Source: Longimicrobiales bacterium (GTDB taxonomy: Bacteria; Gemmatimonadota; Gemmatimonadetes; Longimicrobiales; Gaopeijiaceae). From it: a DNA stretch of 64,000 bases. The position numbers and the translations under genes are program-made. The notes under the pieces are model-generated. The model made no database searches and had not been told where the DNA came from. It saw nothing but the letters and a program-made list of their open reading frames with translations. Every line of letters begins with the position of its first letter. Position 1 is the first letter of the stretch. Below, piece after piece: positions 12,741 to 23,176 of this stretch. The DNA lies in NCBI GenBank assembly GCA_965218295.1, contig CBDCKN010000013.1, positions 448,001-512,000 on the forward strand. Direction: 5' to 3'.

Positions 12741-12878
12741 TTGTACCTCTTCTTAGCCTTGTACCGCTTCCTGGATTTGTACGTCTTGCTGGCTTGGTGC
12801 CTCATCCTGCTCCTGGCCTTCTACCTCTTCCTGGCTTCGTACCTCTATCTGGTCTCGTGCCTCTCCTGAGCCTTGTAC
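12741..12878 (-). repeat. Degenerate 18-bp tandem repeat (about 7-8 units) forming the rplK 3' extension
   Basis: Units such as AGCCAGGAAGAGGTAGAA, ATCCAGGAAGCGGTACAA and GGCTAAGAAGAGGTACAA on the minus strand. Confidence 0.8.
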
Positions 12879-13292
12879 CACGATGCCCATGGAGCGGGCG
12901 GTTCCGGAGAGCATCCGGACGGCGGCGTCCATGTCCGTCGTATTTAAGTCGACCATCTTGGTCTCGGCGATCTCCTCGAGCTGCTTCCGGGTGACCGTGC
13001 CCACCTTTTCTCTGTTGGGCTCACCCGACGCCTTCTGGAGACCCGCAGCCTTCTTGATGAGGAAGGACGCCGGCGGCGTCTTGGTAATGAAGGTAAACGA
13101 CCGGTCCGAATAGACCGTGATCTCCACCGGAATCGTCACGCCGGGCTGCTGCTGAGTCTTGGAGTTGAACTGCTTGCAGAACTCCATGATGTTCAGGCCG
13201 TGCTGGCCCAGCGCTGGCCCCACGGGCGGCGCCGGGTTCGCCTGGCCTCCCGCGACGTGAAGCTTGATGAAACCGGTGACCTTCTTCGCCAT
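12753..13292 (-). CDS. rplK: 50S ribosomal protein L11 with a ~38-aa acidic C-terminal extension
   Basis: '[15 protein letters not shown]', 'GTARSMGI'; 179 aa versus the usual ~141. Confidence 0.97.
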   Translation of the reverse strand: MAKKVTGFIKLHVAGGQANPAPPVGPALGQHGLNIMEFCKQFNSKTQQQPGVTIPVEITVYSDRSFTFITKTPPASFLIKKAAGLQKASGEPNREKVGTVTRKQLEEIAETKMVDLNTTDMDAAVRMLSGTARSMGIVVQGSGEARDQIEVRSQEEVEGQEQDEAPSQQDVQIQEAVQG

Positions 13293-13324
13293 TTTCTATT
13301 CCTGAGACGTTGCCGACAGGGTCT

Positions 13325-13870
13325 CTAGAACCCCTTCAACTGCGTGTAATCCAGCTCGACTGAGGTGGGCCGCCCGAAGAGCGAAACCTCGACCTTGACC
13401 TTGCCCTTTTCCGAGTAGACCTCCTGGATCGTCCCGGAGAAGTCGCTGAAGGGACCCTGCACGACCTCAACGACCTGCCCGACGTGGAACGGGATCTCCT
13501 CCTGTGTCCCGTCGTCCTCCTTCTCCACCTCGATCCCGAGGATCTTGTTGATCTCGTCCTCGTGTAGAGGCTGCGGTGACTTCCCCGCGCCGACAAACTT
13601 GATGACCCCCTGGATGTTGTTGATGGTGTGCATGGTCCTCTCGTTGAGATCCATGTTCACCAGCACGTATCCGGGGTACAAGCGCTTCGTGACCGTGACG
13701 CGCTTTCCGTTGCGAATCTCGACCACGTCCTGTGTCGGGACGACCACGTCCCGGATCTCCTTGCCCTCGGCCTCGCCGGTCTCGTCTTCGATCCGACGCT
13801 GAATCAGCTTCTGGACCTTGTTCTCATGCCCTGAGTAGGTCTGGATCGCGTACCACTTGGAGTAAGCCAT
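13325..13870 (-). CDS. nusG: Transcription termination/antitermination factor NusG
   Basis: 'WYAIQTYSGHENKV', 'YPGYVLV', KOW motif 'GPFSDFSG', 'LFGRPTSVEL'. Confidence 0.98.
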   Translation of the reverse strand: MAYSKWYAIQTYSGHENKVQKLIQRRIEDETGEAEGKEIRDVVVPTQDVVEIRNGKRVTVTKRLYPGYVLVNMDLNERTMHTINNIQGVIKFVGAGKSPQPLHEDEINKILGIEVEKEDDGTQEEIPFHVGQVVEVVQGPFSDFSGTIQEVYSEKGKVKVEVSLFGRPTSVELDYTQLKGF

Positions 13871-13887
13871 GATCATTTGCGTCGTAC

Positions 13888-14100
13888 TCAGGCCCCGAAG
13901 ATGCCCATGATGAAGTTGATCACCGTCCGGGACGCCACGTCCATTACCCAGATGATCGCCGAGATCAGAAACACGAAGGCGATCACCACCAGGGTGGCAC
14001 TCTTGAGCTGCTCGTAGTCCGGCCAGGTCACCTTGGCCAGCTCATCCCAGCACTCCTCCACAAAGTCCCGGGTAGCAGTGATTTTTTCGCTGATAGCCAT
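13888..14100 (-). CDS. secE: Preprotein translocase SecE
   Basis: 'ELAKVTWP' followed by one TM helix; directly upstream of nusG. Confidence 0.95.
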   Translation of the reverse strand: MAISEKITATRDFVEECWDELAKVTWPDYEQLKSATLVVIAFVFLISAIIWVMDVASRTVINFIMGIFGA

Positions 14101-14111
14101 GCGCCGACTCG

Positions 14112-14264
14112 CTACTTGGTCTCTTTATGCGCCCTGTGCTGCTTGCACCGCGGGCAGTACTTACGCTGCTCGACCCGCTCCGGGTGCAGGCGCTTGTTCT
14201 TCGTCGTGTGGTAGTTCCGCTCCTCGCACTCCGTACACGCGAGGATAATCTTGTCTCTAGCCAT
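14112..14264 (-). CDS. rpmG: 50S ribosomal protein L33 (Zn-binding C+ type)
   Basis: Translated by hand (too short for the ORF track): [50 protein letters not shown]. Confidence 0.97.
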   Translation of the reverse strand: MARDKIILACTECEERNYHTTKNKRLHPERVEQRKYCPRCKQHRAHKETK

Positions 14265-14331
14265 GTCTTCCTCTCACTGCGAGGCCGGTAAGGCCCCGCG
14301 GACTCTGCTGCTGGCCGGTGTTGGGTCAGCC

Positions 14332-14403
14332 AGCGGAGGGAGAAGTTGCCTCCTCCGCTACACCGTTGGCCGGGACGCTGCGGAGGCAACTTCTCCCTCC
14401 GCT
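14332..14403. repeat. Long hairpin element A
   Basis: Perfect 22-bp arms AGCGGAGGGAGAAGTTGCCTCC around the 28-nt loop TCCGCTACACCGTTGGCCGGGACGCTGC. Confidence 0.8.
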
Positions 14404-14563
14404 CCGACCGTCCCTGGCCATCCACCTGCTTTCGCGGGGCAAAACACCGGCCCCGCCCTTCGTTCCATCTAGCTTTCCTAGCTTCCCGCCAACGCCCCCA
14501 GTGAGCGCCCGCCTGGGCGTGTGCACGGAGGCAGGCAGGCTGCCGGAGCCCCCGCCATGTGCG

Positions 14564-14641
14564 GAGGCTTGAGCCTTTTCTCTCTCCCGCAGCGTCCCGG
14601 CCTACGGTGTAGCGAAGGGAGAGAGAAAGACCTCAAGCCTC
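14564..14641. repeat. Long hairpin element B, 3 bp after the tuf stop
   Basis: 25-nt arms (22/25 complementary). The 28-nt loop is the reverse complement of element A's loop at 26/28 positions. Confidence 0.8.
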
Positions 14642-14644
14642 GCC

Positions 14645-15835
<1,191 letters not shown>

Positions 15836-15890
15836 CATTCCCCTCGTCGCGTTGGTTCGCTTCCTTCGTTGTTCCCCTGCAGCACCTGAG

Positions 15891-15962
15891 AGCTCCGACC
15901 GGGATTTGAACCCGGGACCTCCTCCTTACCAAGGAGGCGCTCTACCACTGAGCTATCGGAGC
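15891..15962 (-). tRNA. tRNA-Thr(GGT)
   Basis: Cloverleaf; anticodon arm CCTCC-TTGGTAA-GGAGG; T-loop GGTTCAAATCC. Confidence 0.95.
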
Positions 15963-15976
15963 GCCACCCACAATAG

Positions 15977-16050
15977 AGCGGGAGACGGGACTCGAACCCG
16001 CGACCCTCAGCTTGGAAGGCTGATGCTCTAGCCAACTGAGCTACTCCCGC
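15977..16050 (-). tRNA. tRNA-Gly(TCC)
   Basis: GCGGGAG acceptor stem; anticodon arm TCAGC-CTTCCAA-GCTGA; GGTTCGAGTCC. Confidence 0.95.
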
Positions 16051-16076
16051 AAAGCAACCGTCCGTTGGGACTCAAG

Positions 16077-16158
16077 TGGTGGGGGTAGGATTCGAACCTA
16101 CGAAGGCTAAGCCAGCAGATTTACAGTCTGCCCCGTTTGACCGCTTCGGTACCCCACC
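16077..16158 (-). tRNA. tRNA-Tyr(GTA)
   Basis: Anticodon arm GCAGA-CTGTAAA-TCTGC; long variable arm; GGTTCGAATCC. Confidence 0.95.
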
Positions 16159-16252
16159 GGCTACCGATCCGGTGCCTCTACCCCGCGACCTCCTTCTCCC
16201 CGGAACAAAGCAAGCCGCCCGACGCAGGCGGCCTTTTCCAGGCAAGCTTGAT

Positions 16253-16281
16253 AAGTTAACGACTCGATAAACCGTCATCAA
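16253..16281 (-). promoter_or_regulatory. Putative sigma70 promoter of the tRNA-tuf operon
   Basis: TTGATG-17 nt-TAACTT on the minus strand, in a locally AT-rich patch. Confidence 0.55.
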
Positions 16282-16748
16282 GCCCCGAAAAGCCCGGCTT
16301 TCGGCTGCAGCTCCGCTCCGGCCCTCCTGAAGTCCCGCAGCACGGTCTCGAGGTGGCGCTTCTGGATCCCGGTCAGGCCCGCTCCGTCATCCGTCTCCGC
16401 AAACGCCTGCAGACGAATCCACAGGGTCTCGTTGAGGGTGATCCGGGTCCAGAACTCCGTGATCTCCGGCAGCACCTCGTTGAAGGTTTCCCGGAGTTCT
16501 GGCGTCTCCGCCACCGACAGGAGGTGCGTGACTGGGGCGATACGGGTCTTCACGCGCTCCATCACGTCGTCGAGTCGCTCGAGCGTATTGGCGTAGCTCG
16601 GCGGGAGCGGACCCGAGCACAGCGCCTCGATGGCCTGACGGGCCTCTTCCAGAATCTGTCGGACCCCCGGCACTACATGTGACGCTTCGATCTGGTCGAA
16701 GGGGATACGTGGGAGATCGAGGAGAAGGGGGTTGGAGCTGAAGGACAT
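16278..16748 (-). pseudogene. N-terminal fragment of an M3-family oligopeptidase A (PrlC-like)
   Basis: 'NPLL...IPFDQI...HLLSVAETPELR...DFRRAGAEL'. Only ~156 aa of an expected ~680; no HExxH motif. Confidence 0.8.
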
Positions 16749-16891
16749 AGGGTACCAGTTCGAACGGGAGCTGGTAAATCGGAAGTGGTCTTCACGACGG
16801 ATCCCCGCGTCGGACTCGCTGCGGTAAGCTGCGGCCAACGGGGATCCGGCGCCACCCCCCCCGAACTTCGAACCGAATTGAGGTGGGTGCC

Positions 16892-18004
16892 CTAGTCGGC
16901 CAGTTTGGGGACGGGCTTTTGAGTCCGCCAGAGGTCCGTATCGGGGACGAAGGTGGCCCAGGCGAACCAGAAGGACACGTAGGCCTCGGGAACCTGCACC
17001 AGCCTCTGTCCCTCCATGCTCCCCGAGATCGCACGCCCTTCCAGGGTCCACTCGCTGCCGGACTGGACGTCGACGTAACGTCCCTCCAAAACCTCGAAGG
17101 TCAGCGCCTGGCCCCCGACGGTGGTCCGGAAGGCCACCGCCGCTTTGGCGTCGCGGTCCCAGAACACCACGATATCCTGCCCGTCTGCCTGGGAGTGAAC
17201 GACTCTTCGGTCGCCTCCCGAGTCCAGGGCGTTGAACGGGAAGGCCATACCGCCACCATCCACGAAGGGAATCCCCAACACGCGCTCCTTGGGCGGGCGC
17301 CGGTCGTCGAAGTCACCCTGCGGGAACAGGGTCCTGGCGTTGTTCAGGCTCTCGTAGTCGCCGTACGGATACCGCTGATAAGTACGGGTGAACTGCGTGG
17401 AGACCGAGATGACCTTCGTGTCCGGGTGAAGGTCCACCCACGCGTCCCAACGCATCTCGATGGCGGCGAGCATCTCCAGCATCTGTCCGTCGCGCGGCCC
17501 ACAGCGCGCTCCTCGCATCATCTGGGGCCAGAGGGACTGATCCTCGGTGCGATCGTACAGGATCAGGTTGTTCTGAAAGATCAGGCCCGATACGCCGAAC
17601 TCGGCTCCACCGGCGGCCGTGCGGTCGTAGACCATGCTGGACCCCGTGAGGGGGCAGTAGGTGACGGCCAAGGGGGTCGAGAGGGCGTTGAAGTTCACGA
17701 TCTCGTGCCGCCAGAGGATGTTGTGGGGGATCGCGATATAGGTCCCGTCGATCTCCATCCCGATCACCCGATCCCACGTCCGGACGTAGCTGGCACCTGG
17801 ATCGTTGATCCCCACGAGCTCGGGATCGGACAGCGCAGGGATGCCGTCGAGACCGACACCGCCCGAGAAGATGAGGCTCTCGGGGATGCTGCAGGTGCCG
17901 TCTTCCTCTCGCTGGAGCTTCGGGCTGGTGCCGTCGGAGGAGTCGCCACAGGCGGCGGCCATCAGGGCGAGAGCGAAGGCGATGGCCATAACTTCGGGGG
18001 GCAT
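16892..18004 (-). CDS. DUF3179-family lipoprotein
   Basis: Lipobox 'MAAAC'; 'GGVGLDGIPAL', 'TYCPLTGSS', 'FGVSGLIFQNNLILYDR', 'FWFAW'. Start codon uncertain. Confidence 0.85.
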   Translation of the reverse strand: MPPEVMAIAFALALMAAACGDSSDGTSPKLQREEDGTCSIPESLIFSGGVGLDGIPALSDPELVGINDPGASYVRTWDRVIGMEIDGTYIAIPHNILWRHEIVNFNALSTPLAVTYCPLTGSSMVYDRTAAGGAEFGVSGLIFQNNLILYDRTEDQSLWPQMMRGARCGPRDGQMLEMLAAIEMRWDAWVDLHPDTKVISVSTQFTRTYQRYPYGDYESLNNARTLFPQGDFDDRRPPKERVLGIPFVDGGGMAFPFNALDSGGDRRVVHSQADGQDIVVFWDRDAKAAVAFRTTVGGQALTFEVLEGRYVDVQSGSEWTLEGRAISGSMEGQRLVQVPEAYVSFWFAWATFVPDTDLWRTQKPVPKLAD

Positions 18005-18308
18005 TCTAGCCGGTGTATGTCGCGTCATTCTCCGTCGGGTCACGGTCGCTCAGTCGGCTGCGTTCCTGGGGCCACGTTAGAAACTCGCGGAGGCCCGGTG
18101 CCGGTTCCCACGCGCCGCATGAGATCACCCATGATTCGTGTGCGGCTCCCAACGCGAGGCTCTAGGTCATACCAGGCGGAACGGGCCGTCGCACACTATT
18201 CTCGATCCCAATCCAAGGCCGAGGGACACGACAGACACCCTCCGACAAAGGGCCGAACCGCATCAGGGATATCGCCGGCCAAGCGTCCGGGTCCACCGCC
18301 TGTGGAGC

Positions 18309-18712
18309 CTAAGTGGCCTGGTCTCCGTGGATTCGCTTGGTGAGCGCTGGGACTAGGCCCAAGGAGCGTGCGTAGGTAGCGAGCTGACCGCAGTGGTAGT
18401 ACTCGTGGGCGCCGGCATAGAAGACATATGTCACGCGTTTCCATGTCCCCCCGTCGAACCGCTTGATGTCGTGAGACCAAATGGTCCTCACCCGCGGCAC
18501 GGATGCGCTCCTTGCACGTCTCCAGTGAAGATTCGAGCGCTGCGAGGAGTTGGCTCGGGGTCATGGCTTGGGGCAAGTGTCCGGCGTGATCCAATACGTG
18601 GTCTTGAGGCGACCGCCTCGTGAAGTCCCCATCAGGATCCGCCGCCTCACCGATGAGCATCAGGCTCGCTTCGATGATGTGGCGTACGAGCTCCGAGGCA
18701 CTCTTCGCGTCG
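18309..18712 (-). pseudogene. DinB/YfiT-family protein, frameshifted and 5'-truncated by the IS
   Basis: 'AHEYYHCGQLATYARSLG' motif; split over two frames near 18485. Confidence 0.65.
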
Positions 18713-18785
18713 CCCTCTCTGCCAACTTACGTGAGACACGGAGCAGCTAAGGAATTAGAGTAGGGCGAAGGCAGAGAAACCGAGG

Positions 18786-19235
18786 ATGCTGAGACACCGA
18801 GAGAGAATGAAAGAGAATGGAATAGCCCCACCAACCTGGGACGGTAAGCGAAGCGCGGCAGCTCCTGCGGACTCGGAGGTGGTAGATAGGCCGCTGCGCC
18901 GGCGGTTCGCTCCGTCGTACAAGCTGCGGATCGTCGAAGAAGCGGACCGGTGCACGGAGCCCGGAGAGGTTGGCCGACTCCTACGGCGGGAGGGCTTGTA
19001 CTCGTCGCACCTGACGACATGGCGCAAGGCGGCGCATAGCGGGTCCCTGAAAGCGCTGTCGAAGAAACGAGGCCGTAAGCGCGAGCGCAATCCGCTGGAG
19101 GAGAAGGTGCGCAAGCTGGAGCGCGAGAACACTCGCCTCGAGAAGGAGCTCCAGAAGGCGCACTTGATCATCGACGTCCAGGGAAAAGTTGCAGGGCTGC
19201 TGGGATTGAGCCTCGAGGACGGGACGAACTCATGA
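18786..19235 (+). CDS. IS3-family OrfA (HTH/leucine zipper)
   Basis: 'RRRFAPSYKLRIV...LLRREGLYSSHLTTWR'. GGGAAAAG near the 3' end, with the -1 frame open into orfB (candidate programmed frameshift). Confidence 0.9.
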   Translation: MLRHRERMKENGIAPPTWDGKRSAAAPADSEVVDRPLRRRFAPSYKLRIVEEADRCTEPGEVGRLLRREGLYSSHLTTWRKAAHSGSLKALSKKRGRKRERNPLEEKVRKLERENTRLEKELQKAHLIIDVQGKVAGLLGLSLEDGTNS

Positions 19236-20239
19236 AGGCGACCCAGGAGCTAGCCAAGCACGTAGGGGTGAAGCCCGCGTGCGATGCGCTCAGGGTGCCG
19301 CGAGCCACGTTCTACCGTCGTCGGAGTGCATCGACCGGGCATCAGCAGCCCCGCCCGACCCCCGCCCGGGCCTTAAGTGAGAGGGAGCGGGACAAGATTT
19401 TCGACACCCTGTGTTCGGAGCGGTTCGTGGACCGGTCCCCAGCCGAGGTGGTGGCGACGCTGCTCGACGAGGACGTCTACCTGTGCAGCGAGCGTACGAT
19501 GTATCGCGTTCTGGCTTCCCAGGTGCCGGTTCAGGAGCGTCGAGCGCAGCGGAGTCATCCCAAATACCAGAAGCCCGAGTTGATGGCGAGGGGCCCGAAC
19601 CAGGTCTGGTCCTGGGATATCACCCGGCTGCTGGGGCCGAAGAAGTGGAGTTACTTCTACCTCTACGTGATCCTGGACATCTTCAGCCGCTACGTCGTGG
19701 GATGGATGGTGGCGGATCGGGAGAACTCTGCCCTGGCCAGCCGGCTGATCCAGCAGAGTTGCTTGAAGCATGGCGTCCAGCCCCACCTCCTGACCCTGCA
19801 TTCCGATCGAGGGGCTCCGATGACGAGCCAATGCACGGCTCAACTACTCGCCGATCTCGGCGTGACCCGCTCGTTGGGCCGACCCCAGGTCTCGGATGAC
19901 AATCCGTTCTCCGAGGCTCAGTTCAAGACCTTGAAGTACCATCCCTCGTTTCCCGGCCGGTTCGGGGATCAGGGGCAAGCCAAGACCTTCTGTCGCTCGT
20001 TCTTCCGTTGGTATAATGCCGAGCACCGCCATGGCGGCATCTCGATGCTGACCCCCGAACAGGTCCACTTCGGTCACGCCGATCGGATCATCGCCTGCAG
20101 GAAGGCCGTGCTCCGTGAGGCATGGGCCGCTCATCCCGAGCGCTTCGTCTCCGGTGAGCCGAAGCCTAAACCACTCCCGGAGGCCGTCTGGATCAATCCT
20201 CCCACCCCATCCCTCACTACACAGGAGATTGCTCTCTAA
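19232..20239 (+). CDS. IS3-family OrfB DDE transposase
   Basis: 'WSWDIT', 'HSDRG', 'DNPFSEAQFKTLK'; ATGA overlap with orfA. Confidence 0.95.
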   Translation: MKATQELAKHVGVKPACDALRVPRATFYRRRSASTGHQQPRPTPARALSERERDKIFDTLCSERFVDRSPAEVVATLLDEDVYLCSERTMYRVLASQVPVQERRAQRSHPKYQKPELMARGPNQVWSWDITRLLGPKKWSYFYLYVILDIFSRYVVGWMVADRENSALASRLIQQSCLKHGVQPHLLTLHSDRGAPMTSQCTAQLLADLGVTRSLGRPQVSDDNPFSEAQFKTLKYHPSFPGRFGDQGQAKTFCRSFFRWYNAEHRHGGISMLTPEQVHFGHADRIIACRKAVLREAWAAHPERFVSGEPKPKPLPEAVWINPPTPSLTTQEIAL

Positions 20240-20807
20240 TTGATTTCCAAGAGTGTCTCACTGGCGTTGACAGGTTCCGAGCGTCGCCGCGAACCCACGG
20301 AGTTGGCAGATCGCGCTTTCTCGCCGGCCATATTGAGGACTTGGCAGAGGGCTTCGGATTCTCCTCCTTGGCGCGAATCCAGCCGTCAAAAACTGTGGTC
20401 GCAGGTCACACCAAGGACAGATCCACCGCATTCAAGAAAGAAGATTGACCCGTTGTCGAGGACACCATCGTCCTCTTCAGAGCGCGGGTCCCCCAGTAGA
20501 TAGGTGCGACGTATCCGGCTGCGGTCCGGAACAGCGTCTCACCATAGCCCCCTCAAGGATCCGAATTGCTTCTTCTCGCGAAGGGACCTCTGCACCCCGT
20601 ACGGCGTCACGGCCCGCGTTTCGACCGCTCTCACCCGGCATCACGTCGCACGCCTCAGGGGAGGCTTCTCGCGGTAATCAGCAAGTAGCACTTGAGCGGA
20701 TCTAGCCCATTCCGTCATCTGGGCTCGGGATGCAATGGGTTCCGGGGCCTTGGAAGAAGCGGAGACCCAGCAACCCTAACACTCTACTGGTTCCCCTCTT
20801 ACGTCAA

Positions 20808-20880
20808 AGCTGGCGAACGGACTCGAACCGTTAACCTGCTGCTTACAAGGCAGCTGCTCTGCCAATTGAGCTACGCCAGC
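20808..20880 (-). tRNA. tRNA-Thr(TGT)
   Basis: GCTGGCG acceptor stem; anticodon arm GCTGC-CTTGTAA-GCAGC; GGTTCGAGTCC. Confidence 0.95.
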
Positions 20881-21360
20881 AAGTTTTTATTTTACAAATG
20901 ACTTACTGTTTATCACCGACTGCGTGATTTCGGTTTAGGGCACGTATAGGGCAGTTACCCACTTTGCATTTAGCTAGACATACCAAAAATGCCAGAAACG
21001 TCCTCAACGTGTCGAACCAGCACTCCGCGTGAAGATCGCCAGCAGAAAACGCAGTGTCCAGGGCGGCTATGATGTCCGGGGACCGGTCACACCACGAACC
21101 GGATTCGGAGCTTTTCTGCCAAGTCCGTACCACGTATCTAGCCCAGTCAACCCCCTCGTGTTCTCAAAATTGCTGGCACGGTGGCTGTTGGGGCCCACCG
21201 GCCAGCCCTGCATCGGGCTCGACCCAACGGAAAAGATAGACCGGGTGGGCGGCGGGCCAGGGGGCGACGAACAGGGCAAGGCGTTAGCGGCCCTCTAAGC
21301 CACGAGGACGCTCCAGCCTACCCAGGACCCCGAAGACGCTCAGAACGCGAATACAGGGTT

Positions 21361-21409
21361 CTGCTTGCGCCTCCCGGCCCGCTCTCGGATGTTGACCTCG
21401 GTCTGATCC
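21361..21409 (+). repeat. 49-bp segment duplicated at 24080-24128
   Basis: CTGCTTGCGCCTCCCGGCCCGCTCTCGGATGTTGACC(T/A)CGGTCTGATCC; one mismatch. Confidence 0.85.
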
Positions 21410-21421
21410 CGGAGTGCGCCT

Positions 21422-21511
21422 GTGTCCGATCCAGTTGTGCGCCTCAACGCAGCCCTAGACGGCCGCTACCGCATCGAGCGTGAGTTGGGCGAGGGCGGCA
21501 TGGCTACGGTG
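21422..21511 (+). pseudogene. N-terminal fragment of a Ser/Thr protein kinase
   Basis: VSDPVVRLNAALDGRYRIERELGEGGMATV (Hanks kinase Gly-loop); similarity stops there. Confidence 0.75.
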
Positions 21512-21557
21512 ACAGTTACCTGAAGGTGGCCTCGCTCGGTGTTCTAGCGATGCTGCC

Positions 21558-23124
21558 CCCTCTCTGCCAACTTACGTGAGACACGGAGCAGCTAAGGAAT
21601 TAGAGTAGGGCGAAGGCAGAGAAACCGAGGATGCTGAGACACCGTGAGAGAATGAAAGAGAATGGAATAGCCCCACCAACCTGGGACGGTAAGCGAAGCG
21701 CGGCAGCTCCTGCGGACTCGGAGGTGGTAGATAGGCCGCTGCGCCGGCGGTTCGCTCCGTCGTACAAGCTGCGGATCGTCGAAGAAGCGGACCGGTGCAC
21801 GGAGCCCGGAGAGGTTGGCCGACTCCTACGGCGGGAGGGCTTGTACTCGTCGCACCTGACGACATGGCGCAAGGCGGCGCATAGCGGGTCCCTGAAAGCG
21901 CTGTCGAAGAAACGAGGCCGTAAGCGCGAGCGCAATCCGCTGGAGGAGAAGGTGCGCAAGCTGGAGCGCGAGAACACTCGCCTCGAGAAGGAGCTCCAGA
22001 AGGCGCACTTGATCATCGACGTCCAGGGAAAAGTTGCAGGGCTGCTGGGATTGAGCCTCGAGGACGGGACGAACTCATGAAGGCGACCCAGGAGCTAGCC
22101 AAGCACGTAGGGGTGAAGCCCGCGTGCGATGCGCTCAGGGTGCCGCGAGCCACGTTCTACCGTCGTCGGAGTGCATCGACCGGGCATCAGCAGCCCCGCC
22201 CGACCCCCGCCCGGGCCTTAAGTGAGAGGGAGCGGGACAAGATTTTCGACACCCTGTGTTCGGAGCGGTTCGTGGACCGGTCCCCAGCCGAGGTGGTGGC
22301 GACGCTGCTCGACGAGGACGTCTACCTGTGCAGCGAGCGTACGATGTATCGCGTTCTGGCTTCCCAGGTGCCGGTTCAGGAGCGTCGAGCGCAGCGGAGT
22401 CATCCCAAATACCAGAAGCCCGAGTTGATGGCGAGGGGCCCGAACCAGGTCTGGTCCTGGGATATCACCCGGCTGCTGGGGCCGAAGAAGTGGAGTTACT
22501 TCTACCTCTACGTGATCCTGGACATCTTCAGCCGCTACGTCGTGGGATGGATGGTGGCGGATCGGGAGAACTCTGCCCTGGCCAGCCGGCTGATCCAGCA
22601 GAGTTGCTTGAAGCATGGCGTCCAGCCCCACCTCCTGACCCTGCATTCCGATCGAGGGGCTCCGATGACGAGCCAATGCACGGCTCAACTACTCGCCGAT
22701 CTCGGCGTGACCCGCTCGTTGGGCCGACCCCAGGTCTCGGATGACAATCCGTTCTCCGAGGCTCAGTTCAAGACCTTGAAGTACCATCCCTCGTTTCCCG
22801 GCCGGTTCGGGGATCAGGGGCAAGCCAAGACCTTCTGTCGCTCGTTCTTCCGTTGGTATAATGCCGAGCACCGCCATGGCGGCATCTCGATGCTGACCCC
22901 CGAACAGGTCCACTTCGGTCACGCCGATCGGATCATCGCCTGCAGGAAGGCCGTGCTCCGTGAGGCATGGGCCGCTCATCCCGAGCGCTTCGTCTCCGGT
23001 GAGCCGAAGCCTAAACCACTCCCGGAGGCCGTCTGGATCAATCCTCCCACCCCATCCCTCACTACACAGGAGATTGCTCTCTAATTGATTTCCAAGAGTG
23101 TCTCACTGGCGTTGACAGGTTCCG
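21558..23124 (+). mobile_element. IS3-family element, copy 2 (orfA 21631-22080, orfB 22077-23084)
   Basis: Near-identical to copy 1, with the same termini and outer 7-mers. Confidence 0.95.
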
Positions 23125-23176
23125 CCCCGCCTTCCAGTCCAAGCCTTCCGTCGTCAAAGTGGTTTTGTAAACGTGA

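Larger units (their letters stand above)
18713..20279 (+). mobile_element. IS3-family element, copy 1 (1553-bp TG...CA core plus conserved 7-bp outer flanks)
   Basis: IRL TGCCAACTTACGTGAGACAC at 18720; IRR reverse complement TGTCAACGCCAGTGAGACAC ending at 20272; orfA and orfB. Confidence 0.95.

Noticed and set aside
12527..12805. Lys/Arg-rich N-terminal extension of L1 in the ORF track (325 aa)
   Set aside because: It is the alternative frame of the rplK 18-bp repeat plus a hairpin element. The conserved L1 start is MPKHGK at 12526.
15891..20880. tRNA genes as the attachment site for the integrase at 35050
   Set aside because: No exact duplicated tRNA 3' end was found. The 15-bp repeat flanking the integrase-mob-cargo block explains the boundaries better.
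20280..21350. Short ORFs around tRNA-Thr(TGT)
   Set aside because: No recognisable motifs or RBS support; left uncalled.
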